Positions 18,719 to 27,726 of a DNA stretch of 64,000 bases are shown here, piece by piece (the first letter of the stretch is position 1; every line of letters starts with the position of its first letter). This DNA comes from Alphaproteobacteria bacterium (GTDB taxonomy: Bacteria > Pseudomonadota > Alphaproteobacteria > Micavibrionales > Micavibrionaceae). The stretch is from NCBI GenBank assembly GCA_050633165.1, contig JBOEFZ010000014.1, positions 3,655 to 67,654 on the forward strand, given 5' to 3'. Below the pieces are notes generated by a model. It made no database searches and had not been told where the DNA came from. It saw only the letters and a program-made list of their open reading frames with translations. The position numbers and the translations under genes are program-made.

Positions 18719-20536
18719 CTAGTAGACCCGAGCCTTCGGCGGGAAGGGTTCGATTTCGTCCGTTAGGGTTTTCATGATGACGGGGCGGTAGGTGGTTTTG
18801 GTTTTGCCTTTCTCATCGATGCTCATGACGGTGTGCTTCATCCATTTTTCGTCATTCCGGTCGGGGAAGTCTTCGCGGGCGTGGGCGCCGCGGGATTCTT
18901 CGCGCTCGGCGGCGGAGTGCATGGAGATGACGGCTTGGGAGAGGAGGTTATCCAGCTCTAATGTTTCAACGAGATCGGTGTTGAAGATCATGGATTTGTC
19001 CGTGACGCTCAGATCACCCTTTCCGGCGAAGACTTTGTCGATTTTCTTAACGCCCTCGTCCAATGTTTCGCCCGTACGGAATACGGCGGCGTGGTCTTGC
19101 ATGGTTTTTTGCATGTTCATGCGAAGCTCGGATGTTTTGGTTGAGCCTTTGGCGTGGCGCATTGCGTCGAGGCGTTCTAACGCCTTTGTGCCGTCATCGC
19201 CGCCGAAGGTTTGATGCGGCGTGCCGGGCTTGACCGTTTCGGCGGCGCGGTTGGCGGCGGCGCGTCCGAAGACGACAAGGTCGAGGAGGCTGTTCGAGCC
19301 GAGGCGGTTTGCGCCGTGGACGGAGACACACGCGGCCTCGCCGATGGCCATGAGGCCGGGGACGACTGCGTTGGGGTCTTTTTTGGTGGGGTTGATGACT
19401 TCGCATTGATAATTGGTCTGGATGCCACCCATATTGTAATGCACGGTTGGGAGCACGGGGATGGGTTGTTTGGTAACATCCACGCCGGCGAAGATTTTCG
19501 CGCTCTCGGCAATACCGGGCAGGCGGGAGAAGATGATGTCGGGGTCGAGGTGGGTCAGGTCGAGGTGGATGTGGTCGCCTTGTTCGCCCACGCCGCGGCC
19601 TTCGCGGATTTCGATGGTCATGGAGCGGGAGACGACATCGCGGGAGGCGAGGTCTTTGGCGGAGGGGGCGTAGCGTTCCATGAAGCGTTCGCCCTCGGCA
19701 TTGCGCAGAATTCCGCCTTCGCCGCGCACGCCTTCGGTGATGAGGCAGCCAGCGCCGTAGATTCCGGTTGGGTGGAATTGAGTAAACTCCATGTCTTGGA
19801 GCGGGATTCCGGCGCGGACGACCATGCCGTTTCCGTCCCCTGTGCAGGTATGGGCGGAGGTACAGGAGAAGTATGCGCGACCATACCCGCCGGTGGCGAG
19901 GATGGTTTGATGCGCGCGGAAGCGGTGGATTGTACCGTCGTCGAGATTCCATGCCATGACGCCCAAACACTCGCCTTCATCGGACATGATGAGGTCGAGG
20001 GCGAAATATTCGATGAAGAATTCGGCGTTGTTTTTGAGGGCTTGGGTATAGAGCGTATGGAGGATTGCGTGGCCCGTCCGGTCGGCAGCGGCGCAGGTGC
20101 GCTGGGCTGTACCCTCGCCGAAATTGGTGGTCATGCCGCCAAAGGCGCGTTGATAGATTTTACCAGCCGCCGTGCGGGAGAATGGCACGCCGTAATGTTC
20201 AAGCTCGTAAATCGCGGGGATGGCTTCGCGGCACATATATTCGATCGCGTCTTGGTCGCCGAGCCAGTCAGAGCCCTTAACCGTGTCGTACATGTGGAAT
20301 TTCCAGCTATCCTCGCCCATATTGCCTAAGGCTGCGGAGATGCCGCCTTGCGCCGCAACCGTGTGGGAGCGGGTTGGAAAGACCTTGGAAATAAGAGCGG
20401 TTTTGAGGCCTTTTTCGGCACAACCGAAACCCGCGCGCAGCCCTGCGCCCCCTGCGCCCACGACGACGACGTCATATTCGTGATCGATGATTTGGTATTC
20501 TTTGATAACTTTTTCTAATTTAGCGGCTTTTGGCAT
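18719..20536 (-). CDS. sdhA: succinate dehydrogenase flavoprotein subunit
   Basis: An FAD-binding N-terminus ([13 protein letters not shown]), the covalent-FAD motif [14 protein letters not shown] and [11 protein letters not shown] are present. Confidence 0.97.
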   Translation of the reverse strand: MPKAAKLEKVIKEYQIIDHEYDVVVVGAGGAGLRAGFGCAEKGLKTALISKVFPTRSHTVAAQGGISAALGNMGEDSWKFHMYDTVKGSDWLGDQDAIEYMCREAIPAIYELEHYGVPFSRTAAGKIYQRAFGGMTTNFGEGTAQRTCAAADRTGHAILHTLYTQALKNNAEFFIEYFALDLIMSDEGECLGVMAWNLDDGTIHRFRAHQTILATGGYGRAYFSCTSAHTCTGDGNGMVVRAGIPLQDMEFTQFHPTGIYGAGCLITEGVRGEGGILRNAEGERFMERYAPSAKDLASRDVVSRSMTIEIREGRGVGEQGDHIHLDLTHLDPDIIFSRLPGIAESAKIFAGVDVTKQPIPVLPTVHYNMGGIQTNYQCEVINPTKKDPNAVVPGLMAIGEAACVSVHGANRLGSNSLLDLVVFGRAAANRAAETVKPGTPHQTFGGDDGTKALERLDAMRHAKGSTKTSELRMNMQKTMQDHAAVFRTGETLDEGVKKIDKVFAGKGDLSVTDKSMIFNTDLVETLELDNLLSQAVISMHSAAEREESRGAHAREDFPDRNDEKWMKHTVMSIDEKGKTKTTYRPVIMKTLTDEIEPFPPKARVY

Positions 20537-20552
20537 ACTATGAACCTTTTTC

Positions 20553-20993
20553 CTACTTTGTCATTTTTGTTAGTTGCAACTTAAAACTCTTTAAGCATTT
20601 TTTTTCCATCATCGGCTCAGGTTCAGGCTCTCCAGGTATCAATATGCTTGAACCACCCCTATATACAATCTGCGTAGTTGCCATACCATTATCGCCTTTT
20701 TTCAAACTATCAAACGGTGTACCGCAAAAATCATATGTCACTATTTTAGGAAGCCCCGTTAATTCACAGCTTTGCAGCGATCCGTCAAGATATTCAGGCT
20801 GATTATGCGAAGCTTTTGCTGATGCGATATATAAATCTACCGAATTGCTCTTAACCTCTTGGACTTTAGCCATGCTTTCACAAACGGGTTGGATCGGAAG
20901 ACTCGCCGACATAACAGGCTCCATAAACCATCCGGAAGAGACGACAACAAGCACTGCTATAATTTTTTTTCGCTTACAAAATATTTGTAGCAT
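20553..20993 (-). CDS. hypothetical N-terminally anchored/exported protein embedded between sdhD and sdhA
   Basis: 146 aa ORF with a hydrophobic N-terminus ([13 protein letters not shown]). It lies 3 nt after the sdhD stop and 16 nt before the sdhA start. One 60 nt line counts ~40% GC. Confidence 0.5.
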   Translation of the reverse strand: MLQIFCKRKKIIAVLVVVSSGWFMEPVMSASLPIQPVCESMAKVQEVKSNSVDLYIASAKASHNQPEYLDGSLQSCELTGLPKIVTYDFCGTPFDSLKKGDNGMATTQIVYRGGSSILIPGEPEPEPMMEKKCLKSFKLQLTKMTK

Positions 20994-20996
20994 CTT

Positions 20997-21335
20997 TTAC
21001 AATCCAATTTTCAAAATTGATATGAATACCGTAAGCCCTAAGACGAAGGCGAAGAGTTTTAGGGTGATGATCGCGACGTTTCGGGCGCAGGGGCATGAGA
21101 TATAGTCCTCAAAGACGGTTTCTAGCTCTAGCGTGAAGTGTTTGAGAGTTGTGAGGGTGAAGAGAATAGCGACGATGAGGTTTAGCGGGGCGGCGATAAA
21201 GGCCTCGAGCGCCGCGTAATCGGCGTTGCGCAGGGTGTAGAGTGCGTAGATGAACCAAGCCGTGAGCGGGATGAGCGCTATGCTCGTAACGTTATGGGCG
21301 ATTTTGTGGGCTGTGCCGTCGTGATTGAGAAACAT
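20997..21335 (-). CDS. sdhD: succinate dehydrogenase membrane anchor subunit
   Basis: 112 aa with 3 TM helices and a conserved His near the N-terminus. It sits between sdhC and sdhA. Confidence 0.8.
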   Translation of the reverse strand: MFLNHDGTAHKIAHNVTSIALIPLTAWFIYALYTLRNADYAALEAFIAAPLNLIVAILFTLTTLKHFTLELETVFEDYISCPCARNVAIITLKLFAFVLGLTVFISILKIGL

Positions 21336-21347
21336 GTTACTTCCTTT

Positions 21348-21755
21348 TTATCCGTAAATGAGGGCGGCGATTCCGGCGGTGATGAGCGCAGAGACGAGCA
21401 GGACGACATTTCCGGTCATGCGTCCGCATGCAGGCTTCACGCCGATTACAAGATCCCACAGTACATGACGCACGCCATTGCCGAGATAAAAGCACACAAC
21501 GAACACGCCGAAGATGAGCTTTATGGTCATGAGGTTGATGATAGCATCACTTTTGAGGAAGGCCATGGTCGCATCGAAAAGCGACGGGTTCCAGACGGCT
21601 GCGCTGAACCAGGCGAAGATTACGGAGGCCGAGATAAAGAGGCCGATGCCGACCACGCGCCCCGCAATGGACATGCGGGCGTTATAGGGCAGTTTATAGA
21701 CCTGAAGGTGGGGGGAAAGGGGGCGATTTGTGTCTGATGTATTCATGGGAGACAT
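21348..21755 (-). CDS. sdhC: succinate dehydrogenase cytochrome b556 subunit
   Basis: The RPLSPHLQVYK motif and 3 TM helices are present. I prefer the ATG at 21755 because the longer track ORF runs into a repeat. Confidence 0.85.
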   Translation of the reverse strand: MSPMNTSDTNRPLSPHLQVYKLPYNARMSIAGRVVGIGLFISASVIFAWFSAAVWNPSLFDATMAFLKSDAIINLMTIKLIFGVFVVCFYLGNGVRHVLWDLVIGVKPACGRMTGNVVLLVSALITAGIAALIYG

Positions 21756-21800
21756 GATACTGTAGATGGTGGGGTTTTCAAGGTTAAATCTTGAAATTAG

Positions 21801-21870
21801 CGTCATTGCAGGCTTGATCCGGAATTTTTTAGCTTTCCGGCATGAGATCTCCGCGAACGCGGGAATGACG
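21801..21870. repeat. MITE-like palindromic repeat (cgtcattgc...gggaatgacg)
   Basis: The inverted termini are cgtcattgcaggc and gcgggaatgacg, with an internal hairpin ccgcgaacgcgg. Confidence 0.5.
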
Positions 21871-21880
21871 GGGTTGGGCG

Positions 21881-22399
21881 TTATTGGCTCTGCACATATT
21901 CCAGTGCGAGGCCGTTGATGCAGTAGCGTAGGCCCGTTGGCGGCGGACCGTCATTGAAGACATGACCGAGGTGAGAGCCGCAATTGGCGCAGTGGGTTTC
22001 GGTGCGGGCGGCGCCGATTTTGTAATCGGTGGAAGTGCCGATGGCGTGTTCGTCTACGGGCTCATAAAAGCTGGGCCAGCCGGTGCCGGAGTCGAATTTG
22101 CTTGCGGTGCTGAAGAGGTGGTGGCCGCAGCCTTTGCAGTAAAAGTCGCCCTGCCCTTCTATGCCGTTAAGTGGGGAGGAGCAGGATTTTTCTGTGCCTT
22201 CGGAGCGGAGGATGTGGTATTCCTCCTTGCTCAGGCGGGCGCGCCATTCTTCGTCGGTGAGTTGGAATGGGAAGGTGTCAGGGTCGGGTTTTGTGCTTTT
22301 GCCTGTGAGCATGTTTAAATCCAGTGCGTTTGCGGATGTCGAGAGGCTTAACGCCGCTACCGTACCGCTCAATCCTAGTATAAAATTTCGTCTGTTCAT
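21881..22399 (-). CDS. msrB: peptide-methionine (R)-S-oxide reductase MsrB with a Tat-type signal peptide
   Basis: A twin-arginine N-terminus (MNRRNFILG) and SelR motifs are present: two CxxC pairs (CKGCGHHLF, CANCGSHLGHVF) and RYCIN. Confidence 0.9.
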   Translation of the reverse strand: MNRRNFILGLSGTVAALSLSTSANALDLNMLTGKSTKPDPDTFPFQLTDEEWRARLSKEEYHILRSEGTEKSCSSPLNGIEGQGDFYCKGCGHHLFSTASKFDSGTGWPSFYEPVDEHAIGTSTDYKIGAARTETHCANCGSHLGHVFNDGPPPTGLRYCINGLALEYVQSQ

Positions 22400-22457
22400 A
22401 TGGGTGTATTCGGAGAGACTTCAAGACTGGTTACACTTTTACTCGCTATACTCGTTA

Positions 22458-22529
22458 TTGCCTCGCGCAGCTTCGCTGCTCCGGCGGGGCGCGCCACGAG
22501 GCGCGAGGCCGCAGTCGCGACCTTTGGGT
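22458..22529. repeat. REP-like repeat, copy 1 (shares both flanks with 46502-46570)
   Basis: The sequence is ttgcctcgcgcagc.tcgctgctccggcggggcg...gcagtcgcg.cc.ttgggt. The central stem differs from copy 2 by compensatory changes. Confidence 0.7.
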
Positions 22530-22538
22530 GCTAAAATA

Positions 22539-22895
22539 TCAAAACTCGCCGACTTGGCGGTATTTGGCGGCGGCGGTTTTGGCGTCTGGTTTTGGTGTGG
22601 GGGCGATGTCCTGTTCAGCAATCGGAGCGTTTAGCCATGGGTTGGTCGGCGCGGGGCGACGTTGTGGCGTCGTCCCGCCCGTTAATTCGTTTGCCACTTC
22701 GAGCAACATGGCTTTTTCCTGCAAATCTTCGATGCGTTCCATGCGGCGGATTAGAGCCTCGAGCAGGAGGGTTTGGCGCAGGTCGGGATCGATGCGGGAG
22801 ATGGGGCTTATGCCCTGCTCAGTCTGTCTTTGACCAGCTTCTATGGCCTCACCGTTTTTGACGGGCATGAGGGTCGAAAATCGCTTTCGCTCCAT
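22539..22895 (-). CDS. hypothetical protein; start uncertain (candidates at 22868, 22895, 22922, 22958)
   Basis: ORF with a plausible helical or low-complexity composition. There is no clear Shine-Dalgarno and I recognise no family. Confidence 0.3.
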   Translation of the reverse strand: MERKRFSTLMPVKNGEAIEAGQRQTEQGISPISRIDPDLRQTLLLEALIRRMERIEDLQEKAMLLEVANELTGGTTPQRRPAPTNPWLNAPIAEQDIAPTPKPDAKTAAAKYRQVGEF

Positions 22896-23010
22896 ACCGT
22901 AACGGCTTTTCTCTATGTGCATGAGGCGGAATATAGCACCGCGCGTATCGAAATGCAAGAGTTATCCACAGGGTGTGGGTAAGTGGTAAAGCGTCCCTAT
23001 ATGGCATAAG

Positions 23011-23033
23011 ATCCTGCGGTCGAGCCGCAGGAT
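23011..23033. repeat. hairpin atcctgcgg-tcga-gccgcaggat downstream of asd
   Basis: It has the same atcctg...caggat frame as the GIY-YIG cassette termini but different inner stem bases. It may act as the asd terminator, though no T-run follows. Confidence 0.45.
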
Positions 23034-23058
23034 GACATTTATGAGGAGGTATGCAGGG

Positions 23059-24072
23059 CTAAACCTTGCCTTCTTTGATCAGCAATTCGGCGATTTGGAC
23101 GGTGTTTAGGGCCGCGCCTTTGCGTAAGTTATCGGCAACGCACCAGAAGTTGAGGCCGTTTTCGACGGAGATATCTTCGCGGACGCGGGAGATGTAAACA
23201 TCGTCCTCGCCCTGAACTTCAACGGGGGTTACGTATTCGAGCTCTTCTTGTTCGAGATCGACAAGGGTTAGCCCTTCTTGCGCGCGAAAGAGTTCTTTGG
23301 CTTGGATCGCGCTCAGCTCTTTCTCCAGCTCAACATTCACCATTTCGGCGTGACCGATGAAGGCGGGGATGCGCACGCATGACGCGCAAACCTTAATCGC
23401 GGGGTCGAGGATTTTCTTTGTCTCGACGACCATTTTCCATTCTTCCTTGGTCATGCCGTCATCCATGAAGACATCGATTTGCGGGATCGCGTTGAAGGCG
23501 ATTTGCTTTGGGTAGACGCTCGGGGTTGGGGTTTGGTTGGCGTAGATGCCTTTGGTTTGGTTGAATAATTCATCCATCGCTTCTTTGCCTGAACCGGAGG
23601 TGGATTGATATGTGCTCACCACCACGCGTTTGATTTTCGCGGCATCGTGCAGGGGTTTTAAGGCAACCATCATCTGGATGGTCGAGCAGTTGGGGTTGGC
23701 GATGATGCCTTTGTTGATCTCATGGATCGCGTGCGGGTTTACTTCGGGCACGATAAGGGGGACATCGGGGTCCATGCGCCAGTGGGACGTGTTATCCACG
23801 ACGATTGCGCCGGCTTTGGCGGCCTTTGGCGAATATTCGGCGGAGACTTTGCCACCGGGGGAGGAAAGCACGATGTCGGTTCCGGTGAAGTCGAATTTTG
23901 CGAGGTCTTGGACGGTTAGGTCTTCATCGCCGTAGGAAACCTGTTTTCCGGCGGAGCGGGCAGAGGCCAAGGCGACGACTTCATCAGCGGGGAAGTTGCG
24001 CTCGATAAGGATGTTGAGCACTTCGCGCCCTACATTTCCGGTTGCGCCCATGACTGCGATTTTATAGCCCAT
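23059..24072 (-). CDS. asd: aspartate-semialdehyde dehydrogenase
   Basis: GATG.VG at the N-terminus, the active-site NCST motif and QSTSG.G are present. A GGGAG Shine-Dalgarno lies 7 nt upstream of the start. Confidence 0.95.
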   Translation of the reverse strand: MGYKIAVMGATGNVGREVLNILIERNFPADEVVALASARSAGKQVSYGDEDLTVQDLAKFDFTGTDIVLSSPGGKVSAEYSPKAAKAGAIVVDNTSHWRMDPDVPLIVPEVNPHAIHEINKGIIANPNCSTIQMMVALKPLHDAAKIKRVVVSTYQSTSGSGKEAMDELFNQTKGIYANQTPTPSVYPKQIAFNAIPQIDVFMDDGMTKEEWKMVVETKKILDPAIKVCASCVRIPAFIGHAEMVNVELEKELSAIQAKELFRAQEGLTLVDLEQEELEYVTPVEVQGEDDVYISRVREDISVENGLNFWCVADNLRKGAALNTVQIAELLIKEGKV

Positions 24073-24091
24073 AATTTAGCTCCCTTTATCA

Positions 24092-24183
24092 TTTTGAACC
24101 ACAGATGAACACGGATAGACACAGATTAAACCCATAAGAAAAACCATCTGTGTGCATCTGTGTTTATCTGTGGTTTTTTAAAA
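24092..24183. repeat. complete word-repeat hairpin (3 x 10 nt words per arm)
   Basis: The left arm is aaccacagat/gaacacggat/agacacagat. The loop is 19 nt. The right arm is atctgtgtgc/atctgtgttt/atctgtggtt. The element is flanked by TTTTG and TTTTAAAA. Confidence 0.85.
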
Positions 24184-24230
24184 TAGACATTGGTGATATC
24201 GTATTTTAGCAACAAGATTCAAGGGTTTTC

Positions 24231-26189
24231 ATGACAGATACGAAAAATTTAAGTCGGGAAGAATTAGAAGCTAAGGTCGCGGAAGCCGATGCGCTCGCCG
24301 AAATGAAGTCGAATTTTTTAGCAACGATGAGCCATGAAATTCGCACGCCGATGCAGACGATTTTTGGTTTGCTTGAGCTGATTAACGATGAAAAACCGTC
24401 GGAGCGGGTGGCGGAGATGGTGGGCACGGCGCAAGGCGCGGCGGCGGGGCTCTTGGAAATTTTGGATGATGTGCTGGATCTGGCGAAGATGGATGCGGAT
24501 AAGATGGAGCTGGATGAGTTTGAGGTTCCGGTGCGGTTGCTCGTGCGCGGGCTGCTTGAGGCTTTGTCGGTTAAGGTGCACGGGATTGATATCGCGATTG
24601 AGGATGCGATTGAGCAAGATGTGCCATTTGTGGTGCAGGGGGATCCGAAGCGGTTGCGGCAGATTATTATGAATTTGTGCTCGAATGCGCTCAAATTCAC
24701 GCATGTCGGGAAGGTCACGGTGCGGGTGAGCCGCGAGGTGGAGCGCATCAGCGTGCCGGATGGCGGTGTTGGTTTGCGGTTTGAGGTGATTGATACGGGG
24801 ATCGGGATGAGTCAAGAGGTTTGTGATCGGCTCTTCCAATCCTTTACGCAGGCGGACAATTCCACGTCGCGGAAATATGGCGGGACGGGGCTTGGGCTTT
24901 CGATTTGTAAGAAGCTTGTGGAGCTTATGGGCGGTGAAATCGGGGTGAATAGCGCGGAAGGGAAGGGTTCGAATTTCTGGTTTGAAATCCCGACGCGGGA
25001 GGTTGATACCGATGCGAATACGGTGGAGCTGCCGAATTTGGACGGGGTTTCGGTGTTGTCGGTTGAGGATCATCCGTTCGGGGCGAAGGAGATTATGAAT
25101 TCCTTGCGTTCCATGGGGGCGAGTGTCGAGAGCTGCCCTACTTATGCCGAGGGGTTGAAGATGATAAAGGCGCGGCCATTTGATGTGGCGGTGATTGATC
25201 AGGGATTGCCGGATGGGCTGGGGCTGGATTTGATTAAGGAGATACGGGAGATCAGGCCGGATACGGGCTTGGTGATGTATACGGTGCGGGATGATATTGG
25301 GCTGGCGCATTCCTTGAAAGCCTTGGGCGCGACATTTTTGACCAAGCCGGCTAGTCGTGCAGGCCTTGGCGAGGCGGTGAAGGATGCGACGGATCGGATT
25401 GAGGCGAAGGAGATTAAAGGGCCGAAGCGGCTTTTGATTGCCGAGGATACGGCGAGCGTGCGGGATATTTTGGGGCGGCAGCTCGAGAAAATTGGCGCGG
25501 AGGCGGATTTTGTCGAGAATGGGCGCTTGGCGCTTGAGGCGCTTAATAGCGGAAAATACGGGATTTTGATCTCGGATTTGCATATGCCGGAGATGGATGG
25601 GTATCAGCTCGTCGAGACTATTCGCAAGAAAGAGCGTTTGGATCACACGACGCGCTTTCCGATTGTTGTTTTGACGGCGGATGTGCAGATGGGGGAGCGG
25701 GAGGTTTATATGGAGCATGGGTTTGATGAATGCTTGCTTAAGCCTGTTTCCCTTGGGCAATTTGAGCGGTTATTGGTGCGGTGGGGAATTGTCGAGAAGA
25801 AGGCAGCGGTGAAACCGGAAGAGGAGGCGGCGGGGGAAAGCGCGGGCGATGCTCCGGCGGCTGCTCAGCCGGCGATTGATAAGGAGGCGATGATCGGGTT
25901 GATGGGCGCGTTTGATGATGATGCGATTGAGATGCTGGGTATGTTTGCGGAGATGACCGCGCCATTGGTGGCGCAGATTGAAGAGCAATTGGCGGCGGGC
26001 GATTTGGCGGCACTGTCCGAGACAGGGCATAGCCTCAAAGGCGCAGCACGCTCGGCGTGTTGTCCGGTGCTGGGTGATTTATGTGCGCGGTTGCAGGACG
26101 AAGCGGCGGAAGGCGTTGATTGTGCGGATTTGGTGGCGGATATTGTTGCGGAATTTGCGCGGGTTGAGGCGGAGATTAAGGGGCTTTAA
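24231..26189 (+). CDS. hybrid sensor histidine kinase without a recognisable input domain (HisKA-HATPase-REC-REC-HPt)
   Basis: The H-box SHEIRTP starts ~30 aa from the N-terminus. N, G1 and G2 boxes are present ([27 protein letters not shown]). Two receiver domains ([20 protein letters not shown]) are followed by a C-terminal HPt ([10 protein letters not shown]). Confidence 0.9.
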   Translation: MTDTKNLSREELEAKVAEADALAEMKSNFLATMSHEIRTPMQTIFGLLELINDEKPSERVAEMVGTAQGAAAGLLEILDDVLDLAKMDADKMELDEFEVPVRLLVRGLLEALSVKVHGIDIAIEDAIEQDVPFVVQGDPKRLRQIIMNLCSNALKFTHVGKVTVRVSREVERISVPDGGVGLRFEVIDTGIGMSQEVCDRLFQSFTQADNSTSRKYGGTGLGLSICKKLVELMGGEIGVNSAEGKGSNFWFEIPTREVDTDANTVELPNLDGVSVLSVEDHPFGAKEIMNSLRSMGASVESCPTYAEGLKMIKARPFDVAVIDQGLPDGLGLDLIKEIREIRPDTGLVMYTVRDDIGLAHSLKALGATFLTKPASRAGLGEAVKDATDRIEAKEIKGPKRLLIAEDTASVRDILGRQLEKIGAEADFVENGRLALEALNSGKYGILISDLHMPEMDGYQLVETIRKKERLDHTTRFPIVVLTADVQMGEREVYMEHGFDECLLKPVSLGQFERLLVRWGIVEKKAAVKPEEEAAGESAGDAPAAAQPAIDKEAMIGLMGAFDDDAIEMLGMFAEMTAPLVAQIEEQLAAGDLAALSETGHSLKGAARSACCPVLGDLCARLQDEAAEGVDCADLVADIVAEFARVEAEIKGL

Positions 26190-26405
26190 AGCGGGTTGTG
26201 CCGCAAATGAAGTCGATACACGCGGATTTTCATCCAATGTCAGGGGCGTAGAGGTTTAGCCACAACGGGCACGACAAAAACGGCGATACTGCTAAGGTTG
26301 TGAGTTTTAGCACAAAGTACGACAGGTTAAACGGAGCGTTTTGTGCCTAATGATCATGCAGCCCCCCTCATAGCAAAGCAGGATTTTTTCCACCCTCAAT
26401 TAACA

Positions 26406-26441
26406 ACATGTAAATATATTTCCTCTAATATATTTACATGT
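26406..26441. promoter_or_regulatory. perfect 15 bp inverted repeat with a 6 nt spacer, overlapping the start codon of the 26438 ORF
   Basis: The sequence is acatgtaaatatatt-tcctct-aatatatttacatgt. The ATG at 26438 lies inside the right arm. Confidence 0.5.
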
Positions 26442-26947
26442 CATATAGCACATATACACATGATACTAACAGCCCCCTAGAGCCTGAATACGTTCATAAC
26501 ATCGTTATTCAGGTATGCGTCCCCAACCAAGGGGAGAGCGTTTCACCTGACATGAGCGCATATGTTGTTGCATTACACTTTGATAGCTTTGAGGCTTTAA
26601 ATCAATTTTTACAGCATCCTCAACGGGAAGAAATGGAAAACTCTATACAACACTTCTCTGCAAATTCAAATGATGTTGCTTTCACCATTCAACAGGAAAG
26701 AGAGAGGGACGCACCAGAAAATAAAAACTTTTACCCGGACTCTGGCCCCGAAAGCTTTAACGAAGGAACAATTCTTGATTTTGAAACTATTTATTCGGAA
26801 TATGCACACATTTTAAATGCCACATATGAGGCTAACATTTTATCCGCAAATGTACTGGAAAAAGGTTTTAGTATAAATCCGTTAATGTGTGCCGATAATC
26901 AATCTTTGCCTGAAAATATTGCACAACTCCAATCACCGCGCCCCTAA
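26438..26947 (+). CDS. hypothetical protein (AT-rich orphan)
   Basis: 169 aa ORF. One line counts ~35% GC. I see no motif and no signal peptide. Confidence 0.45.
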   Translation: MSYSTYTHDTNSPLEPEYVHNIVIQVCVPNQGESVSPDMSAYVVALHFDSFEALNQFLQHPQREEMENSIQHFSANSNDVAFTIQQERERDAPENKNFYPDSGPESFNEGTILDFETIYSEYAHILNATYEANILSANVLEKGFSINPLMCADNQSLPENIAQLQSPRP

Positions 26948-26967
26948 CCAGCACTACAAGCTTTCCC

Positions 26968-27699
26968 TTAAATACAGCCCGCTTCATCGCCATCTGTATC
27001 GCCGTTATATTCGGCGTCGGGTTCGTTGATGACCATGCGGACGCGGAAGCAGACGGATCCGGAGGGGCATTGGGTTAGGGCGGTTGTCGCGCTATCTAAA
27101 TCAATGGCAGAGAGGCTCGCATCAATGACGTCGGCTTCGCATTCATCGAATTGTTCGTCGAGGCGTTCGAGGGCGGAGAGGATGAAGGCGTCGGATTTGG
27201 AGCTTTCTATCCAAAAATAAACGCCGTCTGTGCCGTTGTAATATTGCCATGGCTCGAACAAATCAGGGGTTGGCGGCATGAATTTTCCGGTGCTGCCGCC
27301 GAAGAGTTTCGTGTGATTAACCGCTGCGCCGTCGGGGTTACCGGGGCAACGGATGCCGGAAACGTTGCGGTCACCCGATTGCGCGGGGGTTGCGGCGGAG
27401 AAATGCGTGGAATTGGGATTAATAGGGAATTGCGTATTGGCGTCGGGGTCTGAACCACTGCCGGAGGTGTCGATCGTGCTATCGCCTTGGGGGTAGAGAA
27501 GGAGGCATTCCTGGATTGCGGAGCGGATTGTATCAACCTGCCCCTGCAAGTCCGTTGCGGTTTTGAAGGTGTTTTGAGAGGAGGTTTGCTGGGAGGATGG
27601 CTCCATGAAGCTAACGGTTAGGGCCGCGAGCAACGCAATGGCGATCAAAATATAAACAAGCGCGCTACCATTTTGAGAGTTGGAAGCGCGCTTTGTCAT
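26968..27699 (-). CDS. pilin-like protein B (large, Cys-rich, non-canonical class III-like signal)
   Basis: A short basic leader is followed by NG|SALVYILIAIALLAALTVSF with no Glu at +5. The mature part is ~230 aa with 6 Cys. It is the last gene of the filament locus. Confidence 0.6.
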   Translation of the reverse strand: MTKRASNSQNGSALVYILIAIALLAALTVSFMEPSSQQTSSQNTFKTATDLQGQVDTIRSAIQECLLLYPQGDSTIDTSGSGSDPDANTQFPINPNSTHFSAATPAQSGDRNVSGIRCPGNPDGAAVNHTKLFGGSTGKFMPPTPDLFEPWQYYNGTDGVYFWIESSKSDAFILSALERLDEQFDECEADVIDASLSAIDLDSATTALTQCPSGSVCFRVRMVINEPDAEYNGDTDGDEAGCI

Positions 27700-27726
27700 T
27701 ATTATATCCTAGGTTCTAGGCTGAAT

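Noticed and set aside
22528-22861. Plus-strand track ORFs 22528-22833 and 22592-22861.
   Set aside because: They overlap each other and the minus-strand ORF. They begin just after a REP-like repeat and give low-complexity Arg/Gly/Ala-rich translations. No motif supports them.
24097-24175. Tandem short repeats that could be mistaken for a CRISPR array or a VNTR.
   Set aside because: The period is only 8-10 nt with no spacers. There are three units per arm, arranged as an inverted pair. No cas genes are present. These are hairpin repeats, not CRISPR.
24318-25760. A 480 aa minus-strand ORF in the track. Similar long antisense ORFs occur at 19194-19970, 19211-20329, 4149-4745, 32391-33122 and 33600-34316.
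   Set aside because: They lie entirely antisense to, or out of frame with, genes that have unambiguous family motifs. Their translations are Arg/Pro/His-rich low-complexity sequence, typical of shadow frames in GC-rich coding DNA.
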